Shown here: one piece after another, positions 41,047 through 51,960 of the stretch
How the letters are laid out: the number at the start of each line of letters is the position of its first letter
Numbering within the stretch: position 1 is the first letter of the stretch
NCBI GenBank assembly: GCA_036676985.1
Contig: JAKFBU010000001.1
Location: 1 to 64,000 of the forward strand
DNA from: Candidatus Sericytochromatia bacterium
Lineage (GTDB): Bacteria; Cyanobacteriota; Sericytochromatia; S15B-MN24; UBA4093
DNA length: 64,000 nucleotides
Direction of reading: 5' to 3'
Notes under the pieces: model-generated
Databases searched by the model: none
Seen by the model: only the letters and a program-made list of their open reading frames with translations
Told to the model about the DNA's origin: nothing
Position numbers and translations under genes: made by a program

Positions 41047-41987
41047 TCACGCGCCTCTTCGCCTTCTTCCTCTGCCTGGGCCTCCTCCTGGGCGACCTGC
41101 CGGCCTTCGCGGCGGGCCTCGCCCGTCTGACGGAGCTCAAGGGCGACGTCCAGGTCATGCCCAAGGGCGGTGCCTGGCACCCGGCGGCCGAGAACGAGGA
41201 GCTCGCGGCGGGCGACGCCGTGAAGACAGGCGCCCAGTCCAGCGCGACGGTGGTCCGCAAGGACGGCACGGAGCTGGAGCTTATGGCCTTCGCCCAGCTC
41301 GCTATCGAGGACGAGAACGGCTTCTTCCTCTCGGCTGGCCGAGCCTGGAGCCACTTCGTCAAGAGCATGGGACTGCCCTTCTACATCCGCACGCCCAACG
41401 CCACGGCCCTCATCCGGGGTACGACGCTCGGCGTCGAGTTCGAAGCGGAGCGATCGCGCGTGGTCGTCTACGAGGGCCTCGTCGAGGTCCAGGGCCGGGA
41501 TGGCCGGCGCGAGAACGTCGCGGGCGGCTTCCGGCTGGACGTGGACCGGGCGGGCCGTCTGGAGCGCCTGGAGCGCGCGGATGCCCGCGAGCTCGACGAG
41601 GGTCGGGGCTTCCGCGCGCGGCGCGGCCTCGAGGAGCGCTCCGAGCGCGGCATGCTGGCGCCGGGTCGCCAAGGGGATCGTCGGGAGCGGGACAAGGGCG
41701 AGCGCCGGGAGCGTGGCGGCGAGGACAAGCGGGGACGCGAGGAGCCCCGGCGCGCTCTGGAGCTGCGGCCGGGCCTCGAGGGCAAGGAAGGCCTGGAGCG
41801 GCGCATGGAGCGCATCGAGCGCAAGCTCGGCGACCGCATGATCCAGCGCGAGGAGAAAATGCGCGACCGGCGTCAGGAGGCGATCGACAGCCTCAAGCGA
41901 CAGCTGGAGCGAAACGAGCGCCAGGAGCGTGAAGAAGAGCGGGAGAACGGTCGGCTTCGCGATCTGCTGCCCGGAGTGCTGCCGTGA
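41043..41987 (+). CDS. Secreted FecR-domain protein with Arg/Glu-rich tail
   Basis: Signal peptide; GDAVKTG, TPNATALIRGT, VYEGLVEV. Confidence 0.85.
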   Translation: MITRLFAFFLCLGLLLGDLPAFAAGLARLTELKGDVQVMPKGGAWHPAAENEELAAGDAVKTGAQSSATVVRKDGTELELMAFAQLAIEDENGFFLSAGRAWSHFVKSMGLPFYIRTPNATALIRGTTLGVEFEAERSRVVVYEGLVEVQGRDGRRENVAGGFRLDVDRAGRLERLERADARELDEGRGFRARRGLEERSERGMLAPGRQGDRRERDKGERRERGGEDKRGREEPRRALELRPGLEGKEGLERRMERIERKLGDRMIQREEKMRDRRQEAIDSLKRQLERNERQEREEERENGRLRDLLPGVLP

Positions 41988-42739
41988 GGCGGTGGCTGGC
42001 GCTCATCGTCCTGGGGCTGCTGATCCCGGGTGAGGCCCGGGCCTTCGAGCTGCGGCCCTACGGCAAGATCGGGGTCGATGCGGGCTACGACGACCACGTC
42101 TCGGGCCGGGAGGCCCCGGACCCGCTCCTGTTCGAGAAGGGCAACGCCGATGCGAGCGGCGGCCTGAGCCTCGGGCTCGGAAACGAGTTCGTCTTCGACG
42201 ACAACCGGGTGCTGACGCTCTCGGCGAGCCTCAAGGGTTACCGCTACCTCAACTACCCCGACTTCTCGGGGGCCTGGGCGGGGCTCGCCACGGAGCTTGC
42301 GACCTACCGGCTCTTCGAGGAGGTGGACGCCTTCTGGGGGCTCAATGCCGGCGCGAGCATGGGCACGGGCCGCTCGGGTGGGCTCAGCGTGACCTTCGAG
42401 CGCCCTACCCTGTGGAACGTGACGGGCGGCCTCAGCATGGGAGGCTACCGCTACGTCGGCTCGACGACCTCTCAGCACCTCGGGCTGTGGGGAGAGCTCT
42501 CCCTGCGCCGGCGTTTCGGCCCCTTGGGGCTCACGGCGGCCTACAACGTCTCTCAACGGGGCTACGACGTGGGCGATCGCGACCAGGCCCAGGGCGTGAC
42601 GCTCTTTGCCACGTTCCGGGTCCTGGACGGCCTGTACTTGAAGGCGTCGGCCGAGCACACCTGGGCCGGGTCGACGGACGTGACGCGGGTGTACGAGGGC
42701 AGCTTCGCCAACCTCGGCAGCGTTTACTACGTGTTTTAG
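41984..42739 (+). CDS. Putative outer-membrane beta-barrel protein
   Basis: Signal peptide, alternating amphipathic strands, C-terminal VYYVF (BAM-type signal). Confidence 0.75.
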   Translation: MRRWLALIVLGLLIPGEARAFELRPYGKIGVDAGYDDHVSGREAPDPLLFEKGNADASGGLSLGLGNEFVFDDNRVLTLSASLKGYRYLNYPDFSGAWAGLATELATYRLFEEVDAFWGLNAGASMGTGRSGGLSVTFERPTLWNVTGGLSMGGYRYVGSTTSQHLGLWGELSLRRRFGPLGLTAAYNVSQRGYDVGDRDQAQGVTLFATFRVLDGLYLKASAEHTWAGSTDVTRVYEGSFANLGSVYYVF

Positions 42740-42806
42740 GAACAAGGAGAACCCCCCCAGCCCCCCCCTCTAGAGGGTGGGTAGGGGGGGTCCTCCTTGT
42801 TCCTAA
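42736..42806. repeat. Long inverted repeat between convergent genes (terminator or REP/MITE-like)
   Basis: TTAGGAACAAGGAG...CTCCTTGTTCCTAA perfect 14-bp arms with C-run/G-run interior. Confidence 0.6.
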
Positions 42807-42809
42807 GCG

Positions 42810-43694
42810 CTATTCCGGCGTGACCAAGAGGTCCTCGAGCTGCGTCTTGCCGATGACGTACTGCTCGTTGCAGAAGTGGCACCGCACCTCCGCCTGGCCT
42901 TCCTCGTCGATCATGCTGCGGATCTCGGTCTCGCCGAGGCTCGCGATGGCGCGCATCACCCGCTCCGTCGAGCAGGGGCACTCGAAGCGGATCGACTCGT
43001 CCGTCTGGAGGATCTCCAGGCTGAACCCCTCGAGGGCCGCCGCCAGGATCTTGTCGAGCGTGTGGTACTGCCGCGCCAGCTGCGTGAACGACGGCAGCCG
43101 GCTCATGGTCTGCTCCACCCGCCAGGCGATCTCGTCGCCCGCACCCGGCATCAGCTGGATCAAGAGCCCGCCCGCCACCTCGACGTCGCCCGAGGGCTGC
43201 ACGAAGATGCCCAGCGAGATGGCCGAGGGGACCTGCATGGACTTGGCCATGTAGAAGGCGAAGTCGTCGCCGATCTCGCCGCTGACGAGCTCCACGGTGC
43301 CCGTGTAGGGGTTGCCGAGGGCATGGTCGTGCGTGACCGCGAGCGTCCCCTCGTGGCCCACCGCACCGCCCACGTCGATGGTGCCCTGGGGCGTGGGGGG
43401 CAGGTTCACCTCGGGGTGCGAGACGTAGCCGCGCACCGTGCCGTCCGCGCCGGCGTCGATGAGCAGGGGCCCCAGCGGACCGTTGCCCAGGATGCGAATG
43501 GTCAGCCGACCGCGCTCCTTCATGGTCGCGGCCGAGAGCAACAGCCCGGCGGTCATCGCCTTGCCGAGCGCCGCCGTCGCCGTCGGGGTCGTGTCGTGCC
43601 GCCGCCGCGCCTCGTTGACGAGGTCGGTGGTGAAGCAGGCGATGGCCCGGATGCGGCCGTCGGCGGCCGTCGCTTTGACGAGGGAATCAGACAT
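42810..43694 (-). CDS. hslO: Hsp33 redox chaperone
   Basis: VSGEIGDD, AGGLLIQLMPG, CPCS...CHFC. Confidence 0.95.
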   Translation of the reverse strand: MSDSLVKATAADGRIRAIACFTTDLVNEARRRHDTTPTATAALGKAMTAGLLLSAATMKERGRLTIRILGNGPLGPLLIDAGADGTVRGYVSHPEVNLPPTPQGTIDVGGAVGHEGTLAVTHDHALGNPYTGTVELVSGEIGDDFAFYMAKSMQVPSAISLGIFVQPSGDVEVAGGLLIQLMPGAGDEIAWRVEQTMSRLPSFTQLARQYHTLDKILAAALEGFSLEILQTDESIRFECPCSTERVMRAIASLGETEIRSMIDEEGQAEVRCHFCNEQYVIGKTQLEDLLVTPE

Positions 43695-43841
43695 CGTGGT
43701 TTCTACTCGCTTCTAGGGTGATGGCCCTGATCTTAGCCCAACATTCTACCACACCGCTGGACGGCCCCCCGCGCGGTTCAACGCCCTCTCGCCCCTTGCC
43801 CCGGTCCGGTGTTATCATCGGAGCTCCGGAAAGGAGCAGCC

Positions 43842-45284
43842 ATGCAGGAACTGGCCCACCACGCGCTGAACCGCGCTCAGGTGCTCGGCGCGGGTTACGC
43901 CGACGTCCGCTTCGTGCGGCGTCACGTCGAGACCATCACCGTCAGGGACGGCCACCTGGCCGGCCTGTCCATCGACGAGAGCGCGGGCTTCGGCGTGCGC
44001 GTCCTCTACGACGGCTCGTGGGGCTTCGCCTCCAGCGCCACCATCAGCCAGGCCGAGGTCGAGCGGGTCACGGAGCTCGCGGTCGCGATCGCCAGGGCGA
44101 GCCGCAAGGTCCAGCGCACGCCCGTGCAGCTCGGCCAGCCCGTGACCACCCGCGGGACCTACGTCACGCCCCTCGTCGAGGACCCCTTCGCCGTGAGCCT
44201 CGAAGAGAAGATCGCGCTGCTCATGGCCGCCGACGCCGAGCTGCGGGCGGTAAAGGGCATCCGGTCTAGCGAGGCCTCCCTCGGCTGCCAGAAGGAGCTC
44301 AAGACCTTCGCCTCCACCGAGGGCGCCTACATCGAGCAGGAGCTGGTCGAGACGGGCTGCGGCATCGTGGCGACGGCCGTGGGCGACCACGACGTCCAGC
44401 GCCGCAGCTACCCCAACTCCTTCGGCCGCCACCAGGCGACGCGCGGCTTCGAGCTGGTGCGCGAGGTGGACCTGGTCGGCAACGCCCGCCGCATCGCCGC
44501 GGAGGCCGTCGCGCTCTTGACGGCCCCCGCGTGCCCCTCGACCGTGACCACCCTCGTGCTCGACCCCACCCAGCTCGCCCTGCAGGTCCACGAGTCCATC
44601 GGGCATGCCATCGAGCTGGACCGGGTGTTCGGCATGGAGGCCTCCTTCGCCGGCACGAGCTTCCTCGCCCCCGACATGCTCGACGGCTTCCGGTACGGCT
44701 CGGAGCTCGTCACCGTCACGGCCGACGCCACGGCCCCCGGCGGGCTCGGCACCTTCGGCTTCGACGACGAGGGCATCCCCGCCCAGGCCTCGCCCATCAT
44801 CGAGCAGGGCGTCTTTAGGGGCTTCTTGAGCTCCCGCGAGACCGCCAGCCGCATCGGGCGCGAGTCCAACGGCACCATGCGCGCCGACGGCTGGCAGCGC
44901 ATGCCCATCATCCGCATGACCAACGTCAACCTCCTGCCCGGCGAGCACAGCTTCGAGCGGCTCATCGGCGAGGTCGACGACGGCGTCTACATGCACACCA
45001 ACAAGAGCTGGAGCATCGACGACAAGCGGCTCAACTTCCAGTTCGGCTGCGAGATCGCCTGGGAGATCAAGGGCGGCAAGCTCGGGCGCATGCTCAAGAA
45101 CCCGACCTACACGGGCCTCACGCCCGAATTCTGGGCCAACTGCGACGCCATCGGCGACAAGAGCCAGTGGCAGATCTGGGGCACGCCCAACTGCGGCAAG
45201 GGCCAGCCCGGACAGACGGCCCACGTCGGCCACGGGGCCGCGCCCGCCCGCTTCCGCAACGTCCGCGTGGGGATCCTGCCATGA
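43842..45284 (+). CDS. tldD: TldD metalloprotease
   Basis: HESIGH, FDDEG, RMTN, CGKGQP. Confidence 0.92.
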   Translation: MQELAHHALNRAQVLGAGYADVRFVRRHVETITVRDGHLAGLSIDESAGFGVRVLYDGSWGFASSATISQAEVERVTELAVAIARASRKVQRTPVQLGQPVTTRGTYVTPLVEDPFAVSLEEKIALLMAADAELRAVKGIRSSEASLGCQKELKTFASTEGAYIEQELVETGCGIVATAVGDHDVQRRSYPNSFGRHQATRGFELVREVDLVGNARRIAAEAVALLTAPACPSTVTTLVLDPTQLALQVHESIGHAIELDRVFGMEASFAGTSFLAPDMLDGFRYGSELVTVTADATAPGGLGTFGFDDEGIPAQASPIIEQGVFRGFLSSRETASRIGRESNGTMRADGWQRMPIIRMTNVNLLPGEHSFERLIGEVDDGVYMHTNKSWSIDDKRLNFQFGCEIAWEIKGGKLGRMLKNPTYTGLTPEFWANCDAIGDKSQWQIWGTPNCGKGQPGQTAHVGHGAAPARFRNVRVGILP

Positions 45285-46615
45285 CCATGACCCAGACCGA
45301 CCTGACCTCCCGCCTCCTCGCCATGTCCACGGCCGACCAGACCGAGGTCGTGGTGGCGGAGCGCGATCGCCAGCTGACCCGCTTCGCCAACTCCGAGATC
45401 CACCAGAACGTCTCCGAGACCGACACCGAGGTGCGGGTCCGCGTGGTGGTGGGCAACCGCGTAGGCGTCGCCGCCACCAACGACCTCTCGGACGCGTCCC
45501 TCGCCCAGGTGGTCGAGCGGGCGATGCTCCTGGCGCGCCATGCCGCCCCGGACGAGGCCTTCCCGGGCCTACCCTCCTCGCAGCCCGTCGCAAAGGTGGA
45601 CTACGCCTACGTACCGGCGACCGCCGAGACGACACCCGCCTCCCGGGCGGAGGTCGCAGAGGTGCTCTGCCGCATGGCGACCGACTCGGGCCTCTTGGCC
45701 TACGGTGCCTACGAGACGGCCACGGGGCGGCTCACGATCGCCAACTCGCTCGGCCTGCACGTCACGCAGCGGGCCACCAAGGCGGACGTGAACCTGGTGG
45801 TCATGAGCGACGACTCCTCGGGCTACGCCTCCTACACCGGCTCGGACACGAGCGGCCTCGACGTCGAGGGCCTCGGCCACACGGCCGTCGAGAAAGCACT
45901 CCTGAGCCGCCATCCGGTCGAGCTGGAGCCCGGCGCCTACACCGTCCTCCTGGAGGAGGACGCCGCGGCGGACCTCCTCGAGTACGCCATCTACGCGGGC
46001 TTCAACGGCGCGGACTACAACGACGGCATCTCCTTCCTGGCGGGCCGTCTCGGCGAGCAGCTGGTCGGGGAGAACGTCACGATCCACGACGACCCGCTCG
46101 ACCCCGACATGCTCGCCTGTGCCTTCGACGGCGAGGGGGTTCCCAAGCGACGGCTCACCCTGATCGAGAACGGCATCGCCCGGGCCGTGGCCCACAACTC
46201 CTACACGGCCAAAGCGGCGGGCACGGTCTCGACGGGCCACGCCCAGCCCGCGCCCAGCCCGCAGGGGGCCAAGCCGACCCACCTGCGCATGGAGACGGGC
46301 ACCAAGTCCAAGGCCGAGCTGTTGCGGGGGATCCAGCGGGGCATCCTCGTCACCCGCTTCCACTACACCAACCTGGCTGAACCCCTCACGGCGACCATCA
46401 CGGGCATGACCCGGGACGGCACCTTCTGGGTCGAGAACGGCGAGATCGTGCGGCCGCTCAAGAACATGCGCTTCACGTCGAGCGCCCTGGAGGCCTTGCG
46501 GATGGTGCAGGGCATCTCCAGCGAGTCCAAGCTCGTGGCGGGCTACTACGGCTCCACCCGGGCGCCCGCCTTGGTGGTGGACGGCTTCCGGTTCTCGGGC
46601 GTGACGCGGTTCTAG
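45281..46615 (+). CDS. pmbA: TldE/PmbA partner subunit
   Basis: TRFANSEIHQN, FDGEG, TGMTRDG; overlaps the tldD stop. Confidence 0.88.
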   Translation: MTMTQTDLTSRLLAMSTADQTEVVVAERDRQLTRFANSEIHQNVSETDTEVRVRVVVGNRVGVAATNDLSDASLAQVVERAMLLARHAAPDEAFPGLPSSQPVAKVDYAYVPATAETTPASRAEVAEVLCRMATDSGLLAYGAYETATGRLTIANSLGLHVTQRATKADVNLVVMSDDSSGYASYTGSDTSGLDVEGLGHTAVEKALLSRHPVELEPGAYTVLLEEDAAADLLEYAIYAGFNGADYNDGISFLAGRLGEQLVGENVTIHDDPLDPDMLACAFDGEGVPKRRLTLIENGIARAVAHNSYTAKAAGTVSTGHAQPAPSPQGAKPTHLRMETGTKSKAELLRGIQRGILVTRFHYTNLAEPLTATITGMTRDGTFWVENGEIVRPLKNMRFTSSALEALRMVQGISSESKLVAGYYGSTRAPALVVDGFRFSGVTRF

Positions 46616-46644
46616 CGTCCCGATAAAGGCGCGTGTGACCGATC

Positions 46645-46735
46645 CGTCATTCTCGCGAAAGCGGGAATCCACCGTCGCCCAGGAAGGCAGCAAGCGGATC
46701 GGCGGCTATGGACCCCCGCTTTCGCGAGGGTGACG
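46645..46735. repeat. REP-like inverted pair
   Basis: GTCATTCTCGCGAAAGCGGGAATCCA ... TGGACCCCCGCTTTCGCGAGGGTGAC. Confidence 0.75.
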
Positions 46736-46799
46736 GGAGTGCCGATCCTGGGCCTGAACGGCAAGAAAAGAGGGGCCGGCGGTTGCCGGCCCCTTGTCG

Positions 46800-47897
46800 T
46801 TAGTTGCCCGTGTTGGCGTCCGCGAACCACACGTCCTCGGACACCTTGCTTTGCCCGTTCTGCGTGAAGCTCGACCGCATCAGGTCCTCGCCGCGGTCGT
46901 TCTTCTCGGTGTGCATGACCACCGAGATCTCAGTGATGCCGAGGTCCCGCAGGCTCTTGAGCTCGCCCTGGCCGAGGCGCGCATCGCCGTTGTCGACCCA
47001 CACCTTGAGGCCGTCGAGCTCGGCGCCCGTCAGCTTGCCGTCGCCGTCCTTGTCGAAGCGCTTGAGCTTCTCGTAGCCGTTGGAGTACTGACCGCCCTGG
47101 TCGCCGAAGAGCCGCGTGCCGTCGATCTCGCCGTCGGTCTGGAGGGCCTTGGTGGCACCCCCATCCGAGTCGTCGACGAGCATGCCGTCCCCGTCGCCGT
47201 TCATCCACTCGATGTTGTCCTTGGCGCCGTCCCCGTCGATGTCGAACTGCACCGTCTTGCCGATCTCGCCGTCCACGCGGTCCTTCGCGGTGGACACGCC
47301 CGTGGTGCCGAGCTTGCCGTCGCCGTTGAGGTCCAGCATGACGGGCGATCGCGTCTTCATGGCGTCCTGGTAGCACTTGCGCGCGCCCTCGATGTCGCCC
47401 GCCATCAGCTTGTCGTACGCCTCGTTGAGGTGCATGCCGCCCATGGGGCCCGCCGCGTTGCGCGGATTCGTGTTGCGCCCCTTGCCCTTGAAGGGTCCGA
47501 GGGCCTGCTCGAGGGCGTCCATCTTGTAGTCCGGGATGGCACGCTGCTTGTCCGAGCCCTTGCTGAAGCCACCCTGGCCGTAGATGCCGCTTTTCTTCCA
47601 GTCCCCTGCCGGAGCCTGGGGCTTGCCGCCGCCCTGGGTGTTGAGGAAGTTGTAGTCAGCGGGCTCGCCGCGCGCGGCCGCCAGGAGCTTCTTGTTGATC
47701 TCGTCGCGGATCCCCATGCCGGCGTCGCCCAGCCCGAGGTTCGCCTCCCCGCCGCCGCCCAGGGTCGCCCGGTCCGTCGGGGGCGCGGGCGGGGCGAGCT
47801 GAATGTCCTCCGCCTTGAAGGCGTCGGGCGGCGGGGCCGCCGGGCGCACCACGGGCTTGGTGACGATGTCGATGTTCTGGGACTGGAAGACGTCCAT
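46800..47897 (-). CDS. Calcium-binding DxDGDG/EF-hand-like protein, no signal peptide
   Basis: SPVMLDLNGDG, FDIDGDG, DKDGDGKLTGAE, LKSLRDLGITEI. Confidence 0.75.
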   Translation of the reverse strand: MDVFQSQNIDIVTKPVVRPAAPPPDAFKAEDIQLAPPAPPTDRATLGGGGEANLGLGDAGMGIRDEINKKLLAAARGEPADYNFLNTQGGGKPQAPAGDWKKSGIYGQGGFSKGSDKQRAIPDYKMDALEQALGPFKGKGRNTNPRNAAGPMGGMHLNEAYDKLMAGDIEGARKCYQDAMKTRSPVMLDLNGDGKLGTTGVSTAKDRVDGEIGKTVQFDIDGDGAKDNIEWMNGDGDGMLVDDSDGGATKALQTDGEIDGTRLFGDQGGQYSNGYEKLKRFDKDGDGKLTGAELDGLKVWVDNGDARLGQGELKSLRDLGITEISVVMHTEKNDRGEDLMRSSFTQNGQSKVSEDVWFADANTGN

Positions 47898-48016
47898 GCA
47901 GCTGTACCTCCGGAATCGGGGACCGTCATGTCTCTATCCCCCCCGACCCGGCGGAACCTACGTCAAATCTTGGTTCCAGACGTTAGATCGGCATTAAGAG
48001 TCCGTTGCGCTCGCGT

Positions 48017-49141
48017 TCAGTCGCCCTGGGCGGCCTCCGGATGCCAGGAGAGCCAGCGGACGACGTCCGACTGGCTCAAGACGCCCACGACCTGGCCCTC
48101 GTCCAGCACCGGCAGCCTGCCCACGCCCAGCTGGTTGAAGCGCGTGACGGCATCGGCCACCGACGCATGGGCATCCAGGGCCTCCGCCTCCTTGAGGGGC
48201 GTCATGACCTCCCCCACCCGGCGATGCGGCCACTCGGCAGCGGGCACTTGCTTGATGTCGTTGGCCTGCAGCACGCCGTCCAGGTGGCCGTCCACCACCG
48301 GGTACCCGCCGTAGGGATAGCGCAGCAGGTAGTCGTCGACCACCTCCTGGAGGGTCATGTCGGGCGAGAGGACCTTGGGGTCGCGGCTCATGAGGTCCGA
48401 GACCCCGACCCGCGAGAGGGCCGTCTGCACCAGCAGCTCCCCGTAGGTGCTGCCCGCCGCCTGGAAGAGCAGGTACCCGATCGCCCCCACCCACACGGCC
48501 CCGAACAGATCTCCCCGCATCAGGCGCCACACGGCCCAGACCATCATGAGGCCGGCCACGAGCTGCCCCCCGCGCGAGGCCACCCGGGTGGCCCGGCGCA
48601 GGCTCCCCGTCGCCTGCCAGGCGGCGGCCCGCAGGATGCGGCCACCGTCCAGGGGAAAGCCCGGCAGGAGGTTGAAGAGGCCTAGCGCCAGGTTGACGAT
48701 CGTCAGCCAAGCCGCCACCGCCGAGAGGGGCTCGAGGCCGAGCCGGGTGCTCGTGATCCACGCCAGGAGGGCGAAGAGCCCCGAGAGCAGGAAGCTCATG
48801 AGCGGGCCTGCGGCCGCCACCAGGAACTCGACCTTGGGGCTGGGCAGCTCCTGGGTGGTCTCGGAGATGCCCCCGAACACGAAGAGCACGATCCGCCGCA
48901 CCCTCAGGCCGAAATGCTTGCTGACCAGCGAGTGGGAGAGCTCGTGGGCGACCAGGCTCGCGAAGAACAGGAAGGTCGTGGCGAGGCCCATGGCCAGGTA
49001 GGACCCGCGCGGCAGGCCCGGGTAGGTCTGCGGGAACACGCCCACTGTCAGGGACCACAGGATGAGCGCGAAGATGAACAGCCACGACGGGTTGATCTCG
49101 ATGGGGATCCCGAACAGGGTGGCGATCCGAAAGCCGCGCAT
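48017..49141 (-). CDS. Site-2 protease (M50) with CBS pair
   Basis: HELSH, AAGP, FNLLPGFPLDGG, two CBS domains. Confidence 0.92.
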   Translation of the reverse strand: MRGFRIATLFGIPIEINPSWLFIFALILWSLTVGVFPQTYPGLPRGSYLAMGLATTFLFFASLVAHELSHSLVSKHFGLRVRRIVLFVFGGISETTQELPSPKVEFLVAAAGPLMSFLLSGLFALLAWITSTRLGLEPLSAVAAWLTIVNLALGLFNLLPGFPLDGGRILRAAAWQATGSLRRATRVASRGGQLVAGLMMVWAVWRLMRGDLFGAVWVGAIGYLLFQAAGSTYGELLVQTALSRVGVSDLMSRDPKVLSPDMTLQEVVDDYLLRYPYGGYPVVDGHLDGVLQANDIKQVPAAEWPHRRVGEVMTPLKEAEALDAHASVADAVTRFNQLGVGRLPVLDEGQVVGVLSQSDVVRWLSWHPEAAQGD

Positions 49142-49349
49142 GCCCGCCTCCAGTCGATCGAGGGTCGACCCCGGTCTGTCGTCACCATAGGCGATCGCCC
49201 CCGCCGATTCAAGCGCACGACCGATGCCTCCGGCCACCGCGCACGGCCCTCCGCCGTGGGGGTCGGACGCGCCTTGTGGCGCCGTTTTGGGGAGATAAGA
49301 TGAAGGCGCCCATCAAGCGGCATGCACCCGATCAGAAGGGAGGATCCCC

Positions 49350-49826
49350 ATGGCACTCACCAGATGGGAGCCGAGCGGCATGCGCACGCTCCGCGACCAA
49401 CTCAACCGGATGTTCGAGGACGTCATGATCCCCTCGTTCCGCACGCAGGGGCCGTCTCTCGACGTCTACACCCAGGGCAACGACGTCGTCGTCGAGGCCG
49501 AGCTGCCCGGCATGGACATCAAGGACGTGGAGATCAACGCCACCGAGAACATGGTCACCATCCAGGGCCAGACCCAGCGCGAGTCGGAGGTCCAGGACGA
49601 GAACCTCTTCCGCGCCGAGCGGCGCTGGGGATCGTTCTTCCGCACCGTCGAGCTGCCGGTGCCCATCGATCCCGAGCAGGCGAAGGCCTCCTTCAACAAC
49701 GGCGTCCTGACCCTCCGCGCGCCGCTGAGCCCGACCCTCAAGCCGCGCAAGGTCTCGATCAACCGGCAAGAGGAGCTGGTCGGCGGCTCCGAGAACCGGA
49801 TCGATCAACAGACGGATCAGGCCTAG
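49350..49826 (+). CDS. Hsp20/alpha-crystallin small heat-shock protein
   Basis: AELPGM, ERRWGSFFRTVELP, ASFNNGVL. Confidence 0.95.
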   Translation: MALTRWEPSGMRTLRDQLNRMFEDVMIPSFRTQGPSLDVYTQGNDVVVEAELPGMDIKDVEINATENMVTIQGQTQRESEVQDENLFRAERRWGSFFRTVELPVPIDPEQAKASFNNGVLTLRAPLSPTLKPRKVSINRQEELVGGSENRIDQQTDQA

Positions 49827-49927
49827 GCAGGAGGGCGGGCATGGCCCGCCCTCCGTTTTCGGAGCAAAGCGGCCGCTGTTGCGGTACAATGGGGCGGTTG
49901 AGCCCTCTTTTCCGCTCAAAGGCCGCC

Positions 49928-50631
<704 letters not shown>

Positions 50632-50635
<4 letters not shown>

Positions 50636-51945
50636 AGCGCCTAGCCCTCTCCCTGTGCCTCCTGGGGCTCATGGCCCCGGGGGCCCTGGCCTCCGCCAAG
50701 CCCCTGACGCTCGAGGCCGCCATCCAGCGCGCGCTCGCGTCCCATCCGGACGCCGTGATGGCCGAGGCCCGCACCAAGGTGGCGGATCTGGCCATCGGGG
50801 ACGCGCAGAGCCAGCGGGTCCAGGTCACCACCGACGTCTCGTTCCTCAACCGCACGTCCCAGAGCCAGGCCTTCGGCAGCACGCCGGCTCCTACCAACGC
50901 CAACCCGAACCAGACCAGCTACAACGGCACGGTCGGCCTCACCGTGCCCGTGTTCACGGGCTTCAAGCTCTCCAACTCGGTGCTCGCCGCGGAGCGCAAC
51001 CGCGACGCGGCTTCCGCCCAGGCGAACGCCACCCGCGCGGACCTGACGCTGCAGGTGACCCGGGCCTTCTGGACCCTGCGCAAGGCCGAGCTCATCGAGG
51101 ACGTGCAGCAAACGGCCATCGAGCAGACGGAGCGGACGCTCAAGCTGACCCGGACGGGCTTCCAGCTCGGCCGCCAGACCATCAGCGACGTGGACCGCGC
51201 CGAGGTCGGCGTGCTCAACGCCAAGGGCGCTCACCTGCAATACCGGGAGTCGACCGAGGAGGCACGGCTGCAGCTCGCGTCCCTGGTGGGACTTTCCGCC
51301 CAGGAGCTGGAGATCGACGGGGAGCCCGAGACGCTCAAGTCGGCCCTCCAGGAGCCCGCGGAGGCCGACCTCCTGGAGCGGCTCGGCAAGCGACCGGAGA
51401 TCCAGGCGGCCGATGCGCGCCGCGCCGCGGCCCAGGCCTCGGTGGCCGCCGCCCGCGGCGACCTGTGGCCTCAGCTCTCGGCCATCGGCACCTACCAGCT
51501 CGGCAACAACCCCTACAACCCGATCTCGGGCGCCCGGGACGCCGGCACCGGCGCGCTGGGCACGGCCGATCTGCGCCTGGCGGCCAACTTCAACGTCTGG
51601 GACGGCGGGCGCACGGCGCGCGCGATCGCCCGGGCCGAGGCGGATCTGGCGCAGGCCGAGGCCGAGCTCGAGAAGACCCGCCGCAGCATTCGCCAGGAGA
51701 TCGACCTGGCCGTCGTGCGCGTCAAGGGCGCCAGGGAGCGCCTGGCCATCACCGAGCGCAGCGACGGCATCGCCGCCAAGACCCTCAAGTGGGTCGAGGC
51801 ACGCTACCAGCAAGGCTACTCGCCCCAGGTCGAGGTGAACGAAGCCCTCGGCAGCCTCGTGACCGCCCGCACCCAGCGCGTCCAGGCCCTCGTCGACCTC
51901 GAAGTCGCCCGCGCGGAGCTCGCGCGAGCGCTCGGCACCCTGTAA
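50632..51945 (+). CDS. TolC-family outer-membrane efflux protein
   Basis: LTLEAAIQRAL, VPVFTG, RPEI, ARYQQG, two OEP repeats. Confidence 0.9.
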
Positions 51946-51960
51946 GCAAAGGAGTCCACC

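Noticed and set aside
42736-42806. Inverted repeat as an IS or MITE remnant
   Set aside because: No clear target duplication or transposase; its position fits a bidirectional terminator equally well
43842-46615. TldD/PmbA as part of a RiPP (microcin-like) cluster
   Set aside because: No precursor, YcaO or other modifying enzyme nearby; the pair is widespread
49350-49376. CIRCE-like ATGGCACTC-N9-GAGCCGAGC at the hsp20 start
   Set aside because: The right arm matches TTAGCACTC-N9-GAGTGCTAA poorly and lies in coding sequence
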